Positions 54,901-62,584 of a stretch of DNA of 64,000 nt are shown piece after piece. The stretch is from assembly GCA_964036045.1 (NCBI GenBank), contig OZ038378.1, positions 141,422,001 through 141,486,000 on the forward strand, written 5' to 3'. The DNA comes from Eutreptiella sp. 'Long Island Sound 2002' (lineage: Eukaryota > Protista > Euglenida). The notes beneath the pieces are model-generated. The model made no database searches and was not told where the DNA came from. It saw only the letters and a program-made list of their open reading frames with translations. Position 1 is the stretch's first letter. Every line of letters begins with the position of its first letter. The translations under genes and the position numbers were made by a program.

Positions 54901-57667
54901 TCCAGATTAATACGGTCCGAGCGGCAATGTTCATTGGACACGCCGTTTCGTGCACACGGCAATATTGTGAAACGGCTGTGACACGTCCCTAGGCACAAGA
55001 TACCCAGCCCATTCAAAGCACAATGCGGTGGAGGTCTGCAATTAGCACTTTTCAGAGTAGAAACCCTTGTGGCGGTCCCGCTTCATGTGGAAAAGCTAAA
55101 CACGCTCCCCGGGCTTGGGGCCCTTCTTGTTCTTGGCACGGGCAGAAGTGGCAGCCCGATCCGGCTCAGGAACCTTGGAGCCGGACAGATTTGATGGGAC
55201 AACATTGTCCTCCATCACATCATGGGTTAGGTATAGGGTGTTCTCAAAAACATGCCACAAACACCACACCCCACACCCTGCCATGGCCCAAATCAAAAGC
55301 CCCAGTGGTCATCAATGTCAATATCGGGGCCATCCACACCACTACTATCATCGGAGTCACCTGAACCATCCGTATCAGGTTGTGACCCATCATCAGAGTC
55401 AGACTTAGGATTATGGTTATGAAAGAACTCCGTGTCTTCCAATTGGGACAGTTTCAAACCACTTGGAAAATGGGCGGTGCGGCATGCTTCATGGATAGCA
55501 TCATCCGTAATGGCCACAAAAGCACGCACAACCCAATTTGCAACTTTTTTGAGAGACGGTTGCGGTACGGGCCCCCTTTTCTTGGTCTGGCCTGTGATGT
55601 TTTCTTCCGCCCACATTGCACACTCCTCCTCCAACACCCCTTTGAACGTGCCGGTTTGAGACGCACCACATCCCCTAGAATCACAGCTTGCTCACCCTCC
55701 TCATTATTTCCCCACTTCAGCCCTCGTGCTCTGCCACTTCGACGAGACTTTCCGTTAGCGCAACAAAACGGTGTGGGGGACACCATTCCCTCACAACCTG
55801 CTTTACAAATTTGCCCACCAATACCGCAAGATACATCACCACAACCCCTCATTTCCCCCAAACCTTTCTCCTCAAACTGCGGTCTTGGAGCCTGGTACCC
55901 AATTAAGTGCCTAATTAATTTGGTCCCAAGTTAATACGGTCTGAATGGAAGTGTTCGTTGGACACCGGGGGGGGGGGATTATTTTGGGATTGCGGTGGCC
56001 ATCATTTGGGGCCTCTGGAGCCCAAGGGGCCCGTGGTGCATGGGACCCACCAACCCACTCCTCTTGACATTCATAAACCATACCCACCAACCCGCTCCTC
56101 CTGCAAACGAAGAGCGGCTTGATGTAGGTTGGCCTACAGGCGTAAGCTACCCTAGGCACTGGGGTGTCCCTGAGTCGGAAGGGAATTAGAAGGGCTCGGT
56201 GGTGCCTGAGGTGTCCACCTCGATCCCTACCATTGTCTGCCCGCCTAATGCCCTAGACGTGCCTGTGGGGTGCTGACATGCGGCGGCAGCACAGGGTTGC
56301 ATCCACACTCAATATATCTGCTACTGCTGCTTGCTCTTCTTGTTGACACGCACTTATTTGCTGTGCATAGGTGCTGCACACTGGCGCTACTGTCGGGCCT
56401 ACCACTCTCCTCCCTCAGGAGCACAATGCAGATGCAAGATTGCATGCCACGAAGCAGAAGCACACAGCCAATGATCGTCCGGAGGGACAAGTAGTGCCAG
56501 TGCAATGCCCTGACACAGGGCCATCTGGATGGGGGTGAGAGCTGCAGCGGTTCCCTTCCAAGAGTGCTTCAGCTGTTCTGGTAGGCCCAGAGACAGACCA
56601 CGAGGGACTTTGGCAGCCCAGGTCCACGCCCGAAAACATGTGCTTGCCAAACCTGGGGTGGGGTGGGGGGGAGGGGGTTCCATAAAGTCTGGTCGGTTAC
56701 CATGCAGCACAACCGGTGTCCAGTGCCATGTCTTTGTATGACGATTTTGTTGGTCGAGGCCAGTCCCGGGGCTGTGTGCATTGGGTGGGGGAGGGTCCGC
56801 CAGTCGATACAAAGTGTCCGCCAGTCGATACAAAGTATCCGCCAGTCGATGTAAAGCATTCCCGAATCAGACACCATTGCCCCCTTGGGCCCCTGCTTCT
56901 TAAAGTGCAACAACACAAACTTGACGTCAATCAATCCGAAACTCAGCTAAGCATTCCCAAGGCCCTGAGGTGAATCTAGACAGGCACATACATCTTGGAC
57001 GTCAGGTGCAGGACCGCGCCCATATTGCCCCGCTGCCCGCAGTAGTTGCTGGCGCTGAAGATGGACACCAACTTGCCGCCGTGAACGCACATGTGCCCTT
57101 TGCCCGTGACCTCATGGGACCGGATCACCAGCTGCAACTTGTTATCGCAGAGGAACTGCTGCGTGACGTCCGGGCCGAACTGGGCCGTTGTGGGCCCGCG
57201 GCGGCCCTGGAACCGCCCGAGCTGCTCGCACGGGTCCGACCACAGCAGGTCCCACAGGATGGTCTCCTGCAGCGTGACCGGCTTCGCGGGCAGAGGGCCG
57301 CACGGCAGGTCGCGCAGCTGGTTCAAGGTGACGGCCACGCGCGGTAGACCCCCGTGCACCACAAAGTACCGGTCCGCCACTACGACGGCGATGGGCATCA
57401 GGTGGAAAACTTGCTGAAAGAGGTCCAGCATGTGCTCACTGCCAAACTTGTGCCGCACCTGCGAAACAACACCGACGAGCTTGAGGTGCAGTGAACTCGG
57501 TCTTGCAGAGAGCAGCCCTTCATTCAACAAGAAATTTCGCTGATACGTACAGTTCTATCGGATAATTACTGTAATGAATAATTATCAGAATAATATCTTT
57601 GTCGCATCATTATTATCTTATATCAATGGCATCAATCTTATTGTTGTTATTGCTATACATGCATACA

Positions 57668-57703
<36 letters not shown>

Positions 57704-60700
57704 CATATGTTATGTTACATATTGTTTTATTAATAACATTATATTACATCATATTGTATTATTATTATTATTATTACTATTATTACTATTATTATTGTTA
57801 TCATTATTATCATTATAATTATTATTGTTCTTAGTATTATCATCATTATCATTACTAATTGTATTAATTGATTATATTATCAATATCGTTATTTTTTGAA
57901 CAGCATTCTAGTAGTATATTGTGATCATAATAATACTATCATTTATCATTACATATACTACAGAGAGCATGTCTGTATGCCTCTGCCGACAGAAGCTCCA
58001 CCACGAGCAGTTAGTACACCGACCACCATTATCCCCCCCCCCCCGGACGCTGCCGGAAAGAGGTGTCCAATGCAAGTTGCACGCAGTTGTTATTGTCAGT
58101 GGTCATGGTGGACCGCAGGTACCTGTCGGTCGCACAAGGGGGACGGAGTGGTAGCCTATGCGGGCTCCCCAACGGACACTGAGGCAGTGTGGCTCGGGTT
58201 TCGGGTGAGCGAAAAAAAGGTCCTTGTGGTCGCTTGACTGGGTGCCAACCGACGGCGGTTGGCGGTCAACCCACGGCACTTGGCACTCAACTGACGGCAA
58301 GCGGAGCGTGACCGACAACGGTTGGCAATCAAAGGACAGCAGTCGGCAGGCACGCCGACGGTGCACAAGGTGCGGGATCGGGGGGGGGGGGGGGGGTCAT
58401 CGTTCTCAGGGATCCCGACTTGCCATGGCGTGGTGCTGTGGCGCACCTCGTTCGCAAATCCGAAGCGGCCATTCAGACTCACGTCCTCGTGATTCCCTCG
58501 GTTGCAGTGCACGAAGTCCCGGTACACCAGCTTCAAGGCCATGACCAGCAGGAACACCTCCACCCCGTAGGCCCCACGGTCCACGAAATCCCCGTTGAAT
58601 ATGTACTGGGTTTTGTCGGAGGGAAGGCCGTGCTTTTGGAGGATGTACAACAGGTCGGCCAGCTGCCCATGCAGGTCCCCCACGATCAAGAGCTTGGCAC
58701 CCTCCTACGGACGATCAGGGCAGCTGGGACCCCCCTCGGGTCGACCTGTTTCGCCTCGTTTCGCCCTCAGGTACCCCGATTCACTCCGAATCACTCTGAT
58801 TCAGCCGCAAACACAACCTGCCCACCCAAATCTCGTACGTCGTAGCTCTGCACACTTGTCATCCATACCCCGCTCCTGAGCCCACTCCCCACCTCTGCCA
58901 ACACTTTGACACCCGATGATACCTGTCGGGCGGTGGGCGCTCTCGCGTACGCGGCCGTGCTCCCTCCCCCACTGTGGGCTCGCTGCGTGACGCGCGTTGC
59001 TCTGTGCACGCCCGCCAGCGCCACTGGTATCGCACGGACGGGCCCTGCCATGCACCTGACTCACTCTCCTTGAAGACCACTCTGCCCGATCGTCCTGTGA
59101 TCGGACAGAGCCATCGATTGGCCACGCTGCAGACCTCGTCCGGGCGGGGGGGGGACGGGGGTCCGAACACGCCCTCGCCTTCCAACGACAACGGCAGCCG
59201 AGAACCGTGTGGCGACGCAACGGGGCATTCGGCACAAGGGCAGCCCGTCGGCACTCGGGCATCCCCCGGTGAACGACCGCGCTGAGCTCACGTGAATCCG
59301 CGGAACTGCCTATGGCCCGTTGGTGGGTTTGTTCGTGCGAAAAATTCAGGTTGCAGCAACGGAGAAGAGTGCCTCGGGCCCTGGGGCGCGGCTGCACTGC
59401 GCGGGCACTGTGAGGGGCATCGGCGCCCCGTGGACAGTGAAGTGACGTCGAAAGGCCGGTCGGTTAGTCGCCGACCGGCAACGCGCCGCTTGCCCGCAAA
59501 ACCGCCGCCTCGGGTCGACCATTTCGTTGGGGACGCAAAGAGAAGCCCCGGGTCTCTCTATCCCGGTCTCTGGAACGCGAACGACGCCCCTACGCAGACC
59601 CTTCCAGGCCTTTGCTTAGTGATACTGGGGGGGGGGGGTCAAATTGGCCCCCCGGGATTTTGGCTGACCCACCCACCCACCCACATCAGAAAATTTTTCC
59701 TCAGGAAAAAAATGAAATTTATCAAAGGGGCCCGAACTTGGAGGTCGATTTTAGGTACACAAACTTTTTTTTGGCCTCTGACCCCCCCCCCCCCCCGGTA
59801 TAGTATCAACCAGCCACTAAGCAAAGGCCTGGACCCCTCCCCACACCAGTGACCTCAGGTGCCGGGACGTCCACAACGCGGGGCACGCCCTTGAAGTAGC
59901 TGCGGGCGTGCACCAACAACTGCGCCGCGTACTTCGGGTGCAGCACGACGTCGGGTTTGAGGAGCAGGTGCTCGTGGAGCAGCTCCGCCGTGCGCTCGCA
60001 CGGGGGGTGGGGCAGATGGGGGCCCAGGTACAGGTCCAGGTCATCGATGGGGCGCTGGAGGGTGTTCTGCAGCCAATTCCACTGGGCCGTGAGGCGCCGC
60101 TGGTCGGACGTCATGTGTGTGGCCTTGAGGAACAGCTCCAACTGCGAGTCCATCTCCATCGAATTGAGGGATTCGCGTTCCCTTGGAAGGGGATAGCGAG
60201 GGGGGGGCAGAGGCAGAGAAAGAGGGAGAGGCAGAGAGTGAGGGAGAAGGAGATGAGAGGGGGAGAGGGGGGATGCAGAGGGAGAGGGGAGGGAAGCGGG
60301 CTGCGAGGGACAGCGGAGGGTGAGCGTTGCACAGAGAAGGAGAGGGGGGCGGAGTAGGCAGCGGCGAAGGTCCGGAATGTACGAGAGCTCGCCCTTGCTT
60401 TGATTTCCACTGCCATCCCAGTGCAAGAGGCGTGCGTCAATCAACGGGGTGTCGATTGCAGCGCGGTGCTGAATGGACGGCTGGGGCTGCTCTGTACATT
60501 CTTCCGGGGGGCGCTTCGGCATAACGGGAACAGGATCAGGCCTGGGGAGAGTAAATCAGGGGCGGCCCCCTGGGCCCCAGAGTTGGGCGTGAACAGCAAC
60601 ATCGTATTGCGGTCAGGGTTCGTCTGCATGTCCCTCCCGATCGCGACATTCGGGGTTGTCTTCTTTGCGTTTTTCCTTCACGGCCCTCGTTGTGAAGCAA

Positions 60701-62181
60701 ATAGTGACCGCGTTTGTCGAATGCAGGTAGGACTCGATGATAACGGAAACCCGTTTTTTCGGGCTGAGATTTGCAATTCGGGTGAAAGGCCGTGGCACTG
60801 GTGCTGCTGTTGTTGCTGCTGTTGCTGCTGTTGTTGGTGCTGTTGTTGCTGCTGTTGCTGCTGTTGCTGTTATCGCCGTTGCTGTTGTTGCCGTTGTTGT
60901 TTCATTTTATCAGTCTCCGCCAGGGAAATCCGAGCAATCTGGGGGATGGGGGCATATCACCCACAACGAAGGCCAAGCACCTTGCCCTTATGGGAACAAA
61001 TCCCCGAGGGGCCTCGTGCCTCCGTCTGTCCACGCGAGGGCAACAGCGGCAAGTCTCGGTTCGGTTGAAATGATTTCTTCGGGTTAAGCCGGACCTGCGG
61101 TGGTATTCGCTGACAGAACACAAGAAGACAGCCGAGCAGGTCAATGTAAATTGTGGTCTCGAATGCATGAGACGACTCTAAAAAACCTTCAAAGCCCAGC
61201 TCTCCCAGTGTTTTTGCCGTTTCCTCACCTTCTTCCCCTGATGTAGACTGCTGCTGACCACTCTGCCCACATCGCCCGCCTGAGCCCTGCACAGACTCGC
61301 ACATACATCTCGCATTCTAACTTCTCCCAATCCAGCGCCCAGTCGTTCCCGGTCCGCGGCGACGAGTCACCGAGTGACCCCTGCCGTCGGGCACACGCCT
61401 CCGCGGTGCGCAGGTTCACGGGCGGAACACCGGCTTCTGCAGTCGGTCGGATTGCGCGCTTCGCGGTCGGCTCGTCGGGAACACGGGGGTGTTCGGGCCG
61501 CAGCTCGGCGCTTGCATCGGCAGCGCCGCCGTCTGTCTCCCGGTCAGAGGCCTTGAACGACGGACGTCGCCGCAGCTGCGCGTGCGCGCCGGGGTCCGTG
61601 GCCCCCGGCATGGACCGGAGCTTGGTCAGCGCGTCCATCGACTGCTTCCGTCGCGCGCGCGCCTCCACTTTGCGCGGCGCCGCGTTCGTGCAGGGCAGCG
61701 AGCTGCGGCCCCGCGGGGCCCCGCCTCGGATCTCCTGCAGAGAAGGCTCTTCCTTGGCGTGGATGCCCATGCTGCGCCGCTGGGACATGAAAAGCGCGAA
61801 TCGCGACTCCCGCCGCCCGGCGGTGCCCGCCGCAAGCCTTGGGTAGCCCGGCGCTGCGTCTTGCCGACCATCATCTCCCAGGGCACCCTCCTCGGCCTCA
61901 AGGGGACACACGCCTCCGGGATCATGTGCACGCTCAGCACGCTCCATCTCCCCGGGTGGCAGGCATTTGGAAGGCCATGGAGCACTGCCCGGAGGGAAAG
62001 TGCGGGACGCAGAGGGCGCTGGGGCCGGCCGGCAGCCTGGAGGGTGTGCCCTGCCCTGACATCTCGCGTCCTTCCGAACACTCTTCCGGAATCGTGACCG
62101 CTCGACTTTGTCCGCAACCACTTCCCCAAGCCTGTCTTCGCTTTGCCACGTTGCATAAGACCAGGTGTAGGGGGAAGCCAT
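20428..62181 (-). CDS. PPEF: PPEF/rdgC-type Ser/Thr protein phosphatase with EF-hands; 19-exon model, about 1,260 aa
   Basis: GT-AG exons join in frame: 61307-62181, 60981-61109 (tentative), 59854-60181, 58447-58704, 56992-57458, 52396-52580, 44396-44493, 39627-39749, 38515-38634, 33640-33716, 32181-32280, 31613-31772, 29905-30065, 28430-28609, then tentative 26759-26807, 23609-23676, 22240-22335, 20717-20837, 20428-20624. PPP motifs GDLHG, GDFVDRG, GNHE, HGG, WSDP, RSHE and SASNY are intact and are followed by EF-hands. The start codon is uncertain (62181 or 62235, or further upstream exons). Confidence 0.9.
20717..20837 (-). CDS. PPEF: PPEF tentative exon 18
   Basis: Acceptor gctttgcag|TCA ACG, donor G|gtctgt; STVATARSPSDGSFSQAADAQ...; 33 of 40 codons end in G/C. 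Confidence 0.5.
21153..21309. repeat. Dispersed 157-bp repeat (AACCGCC-motif family), copy 1
   Basis: Near-identical direct copy at 25287-25443. Related (GGCGGTT)n segments occur at about 21880-21985, 28199-28275 and 58240-58350. Confidence 0.85.
22240..22335 (-). CDS. PPEF: PPEF tentative exon 17 (Ser-rich tail)
   Basis: Pyrimidine-rich acceptor ctctccgtttccggttgcag|, donor gtatgc; RANSETKSSQTDELSVVESSSPESATPSSETD; bracketed by microsatellites on both sides. Confidence 0.55.
23609..23676 (-). CDS. PPEF: PPEF tentative exon 16 (Ser/Pro-rich tail)
   Basis: Acceptor gttgtttgtgcag|AC (phase 1, matching exon 15); TSPRPDSQSPRAAVLSPAESFR; donor gtatgc. Confidence 0.5.
23833..25257. mobile_element. 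Foldback (FB/MuDR-like) element with modular 10-bp-repeat arms and a 10-bp TSD
   Basis: Exact flanking direct repeat cagcacaccc (23823-23832 and 25258-25267). Imperfect TIR actactgtcg...tacgacgcgtcggg versus cccgacgcgtcgtac...cgacagcact. Arms are built from gtacgacac(a/t) 10-mers in opposite orientations. Confidence 0.8.
24238..24880. repeat. 168-bp tandem unit, about 3.8 copies, inside the foldback element
   Basis: aaaacggtccgct recurs at 24238, 24406, 24574 and 24742. Each unit carries four GTAGAC motifs, and complete units carry the hairpin gggaagggggcc-gaa-ggcccccttccc. Confidence 0.95.
25287..25443. repeat. Dispersed 157-bp repeat (AACCGCC-motif family), copy 2
   Basis: Matches 21153-21309. 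Confidence 0.85.
26759..26807 (-). CDS. PPEF: PPEF exon 15 (EF exit helix)
   Basis: Acceptor gtgtcccag|GCC TTC ACG gives QEFVT-AFTLNDGGKSTEDALA; donor gtgttg, or read-through to a stop at 26541. Confidence 0.7.
28430..28609 (-). CDS. PPEF: PPEF exon 14 (two EF-hands)
   Basis: AFAYVDVDGDGVISPEEF...IVSFVDRNDDGMIQWQEFVT. Confidence 0.95.
28761..28996. mobile_element. hAT-type MITE, copy 1 (TIR CAGGCCTTTGCTTAGTG)
   Basis: 17-bp perfect TIR; 8-bp flanks gcacgagg / ccacgagc (6/8 match); near-identical to 59605-59831. Confidence 0.85.
29905..30065 (-). CDS. PPEF: PPEF exon 13
   Basis: Completes the loop (G)SIGFLEFADAL...FFVSRASLEK; donor gtgcgc. Confidence 0.9.
30246..30535. mobile_element. MITE-like element with G-tract/TATAATTGC terminal inverted repeats
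   Basis: Left gtgttaaggggggggggtataattgc versus right gcaattatacgcccccccccctttacac; internal cctgcaattat subterminal copies. Confidence 0.55.
31613..31772 (-). CDS. PPEF: PPEF exon 12 (EF-hand pair)
   Basis: GADLNGEGRLQHSEF...VAKAVDLNNN; donor G|gtgtgc. Confidence 0.9.
32181..32280 (-). CDS. PPEF: PPEF exon 11
   Basis: YKGPPREPEVEEVLQDVQKVFDSGRASLVESFR; phase 2 to 0, joins GADLNG. Confidence 0.85.
33640..33716 (-). CDS. PPEF: PPEF exon 10 (EF-hand-like)
   Basis: IAEVLCDLNHGGKVDVTQFLASLGV; boundaries gtacag| and CC|gtatgt. Confidence 0.85.
36713..37333 (-). other. Intronic Cys-rich ORF with an in-frame 24-bp (8-aa) tandem repeat, probably a degenerate transposon protein
   Basis: About 10 copies of a 24-bp unit at 37014-37262 (xIPVFPNR on the minus strand), between HYVCDQCH and WCMHCEGCGVC; protein-like fragments continue to about 36.0 kb. 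Confidence 0.35.
38515..38634 (-). CDS. PPEF: PPEF exon 9 (EF-hand)
   Basis: SDLSLNHLVAMFDIDRNGQVDVHELETVLQDMGIGATKDQ; canonical EF loop DIDRNGQVDVHE. Confidence 0.92.
39627..39749 (-). CDS. PPEF: PPEF exon 8
   Basis: IEADGTVDFAKNLDHY...WQDAIMKRLHDQLLE; boundaries ttttgcag| and GAG|gtgctg. Confidence 0.9.
39955..41406 (-). mobile_element. CA-tailed retroelement family A, copy A1 (5'-truncated)
   Basis: Ends ...CTCTAAAAGTACAGAT(CA)36 (tail 39883-39954) and starts directly after another (CA)11. ORF 40685-41407 (LLCWLRELHW...TFLELALDF...LVPLGGPALCGLNCRPYF) is protein-like. The 3' part is shared with 62585 onward. Confidence 0.7.
41429..41570 (-). mobile_element. CA-tailed retroelement family B, 3' end B1
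   Basis: Frame ...FLKPVDRA...SHFVQDLNDLGV runs into (CA)11; homologous to 62441-62566 and 52234-52312. Confidence 0.65.
42267..42322. repeat. (CAG)n-like trinucleotide repeat
   Basis: gcagcagcagcaacagcaacagcagc...; similar tracts at about 23457-23542 and 60802-60900. Confidence 0.9.
44396..44493 (-). CDS. PPEF: PPEF exon 7
   Basis: Acceptor ttttcag|GG GAC; DQRITLETWREGLVAVLGFSLPWGRYEPHYLQ (W...LPW pattern of PPEF); donor gtgcgg. Confidence 0.9.
44692..52189. repeat. 43-bp satellite array, about 174 highly homogeneous copies, filling PPEF intron 6
   Basis: Unit ctgtactacatgactcactggctgtgctgcatgacatacatga. Two recurrent G/C variants (gct[g/c]tgct and cat[g/c]actgt). The ORF track shows nothing across the array. 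Confidence 0.98.
52234..52312 (-). mobile_element. CA-tailed retroelement family B, short 3' end B3
   Basis: acgcccaa...gctcaaactgcgaggttcaac is shared with B2. Flanked by (GT)n on both sides (degenerate 52191-52233; perfect 52313-52339). Confidence 0.6.
52396..52580 (-). CDS. PPEF: PPEF exon 6
   Basis: Acceptor ctccgacag|G GGC; GLIFHEHWAP...AIVNKLKQLLYEKRQDLHWLYSKKDTT; phase 2 to 1. Confidence 0.85.
52900..54300 (-). mobile_element. Degenerate Cys-rich transposase-like remnant (KDZ/Zisupton-like by impression only)
   Basis: Stop- and frameshift-riddled protein-like fragments, for example YILDIVDHTFCTVCDVHC and FVSSNLLVWLVCGVVGVPSHAISNL; lower GC than the flanks. Confidence 0.3.
54682..54801. 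repeat. 11-bp tandem repeat ggattgg(t/c)ggt, about 11 copies
   Basis: Direct reading of the sequence. Confidence 0.9.
55293..55700 (-). mobile_element. pogo/Tigger-like (DDE_1) transposase C-terminal fragment
   Basis: DV...(frameshift)FKGVLEEECAMW...PSLKKVANWVVRAFVAITDDAIHEAC matches the pogo pattern PFK..L....W...PS...V..WV..AW..I, followed by an acidic tail. Confidence 0.65.
56992..57458 (-). CDS. PPEF: PPEF exon 5 (PPP catalytic core 2)
   Basis: VRHKFG...VHGGLP...LLWSDP...IRSHE...FSASNYCG...; boundaries cag|GTG and AT|gtatgt. Confidence 0.95.
57560..57960. repeat. AT-rich low-complexity island ((TAT)n, (TAC)n, (CATA)n) in PPEF intron 4
   Basis: Abrupt very AT-rich tract between GC-rich flanks. 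Confidence 0.9.
58447..58704 (-). CDS. PPEF: PPEF exon 4 (PPP catalytic core 1)
   Basis: EGAKLLIVGDLHGQ...FNGDFVDRG...NRGNHED...FANE; boundaries tag|GAG and GAG|gtgcgc. Confidence 0.95.
59605..59831. mobile_element. hAT-type MITE, copy 2
   Basis: Same TIR and interior; 8-bp flanks gacccttc / gacccctc (7/8 match). Confidence 0.85.
59854..60181 (-). CDS. PPEF: PPEF exon 3 (pre-catalytic helices)
   Basis: Acceptor ttccaag|G GAA; ERESLNSMEMDSQLELFLK...VLHPKYAAQLL...VVDVPAPE; donor gtcact (an alternative in-frame donor gtgggg lies 9 nt further). Confidence 0.85.
60981..61109 (-). CDS. PPEF: PPEF tentative exon 2 (symmetric phase 2-2, skippable)
   Basis: Acceptor gtgttctgtcag|C GAA TAC, donor AG|gtgctt; 129 nt open. 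The gene stays in frame with or without it. Confidence 0.4.
61307..62181 (-). CDS. PPEF: PPEF exon 1 (low-complexity N-terminus; start uncertain)
   Basis: Open frame MASPYTWSY...DWALDWEKLECE ending at donor AT|gtatgt (phase 2), compatible with the downstream phase-2 exons. Confidence 0.6.
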
Positions 62182-62407
62182 GCAGCGCACGCACTGCGCA
62201 GCGCACCGCCCTTGCACAACGGGGGGCTTCCTCATTCTCTGGTTTTGTCCTTGCGCAAGGGAACCTGCAAATGCTTCGAGTCTGCCTGCAGTCTTGTGAC
62301 GAAATTCAACCAAAATGAACTCGCTGCAATGACCCTCTTGTCGCGAAAGCCTTGGACCCAGACCAACAAAGTGGCATACAAGGGGTAGTGATGGGTGAAC
62401 GTGTGTC

Positions 62408-62438
<31 letters not shown>

Positions 62439-62440
62439 TG

Positions 62441-62566
62441 ACGCCCAAATCTTTCAAATCATGCTCAAACTGCGAGGTTCAACAATGATGCGACAAGAAC
62501 ATGAGTTCTTTCGTTCGGTTGCCCTGTCGCCGGGCTTCAGGAACCAGGTTGAGATGACACGCAACA
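62441..62566 (-). mobile_element. CA-tailed retroelement family B, 3' end B2
   Basis: ...FLKPGDRA...(frameshift)SQFEHDLKDLGV-(CA)10; bracketed by (GT)n at 62421-62440 and 62567-62584. Confidence 0.65.
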
Positions 62567-62584
62567 TGTGTGTGTGTGTGTGTG

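Noticed and set aside
60792-61073. Poly-Leu, poly-Cys and poly-Ala/Val ORFs
   Set aside because: Translations of an intronic (CTG/TTG)n microsatellite.
20428-62181. Euglenid non-conventional (non-GT-AG) introns in PPEF
   Set aside because: All exons could be joined in frame with GT-AG boundaries, so none is required.
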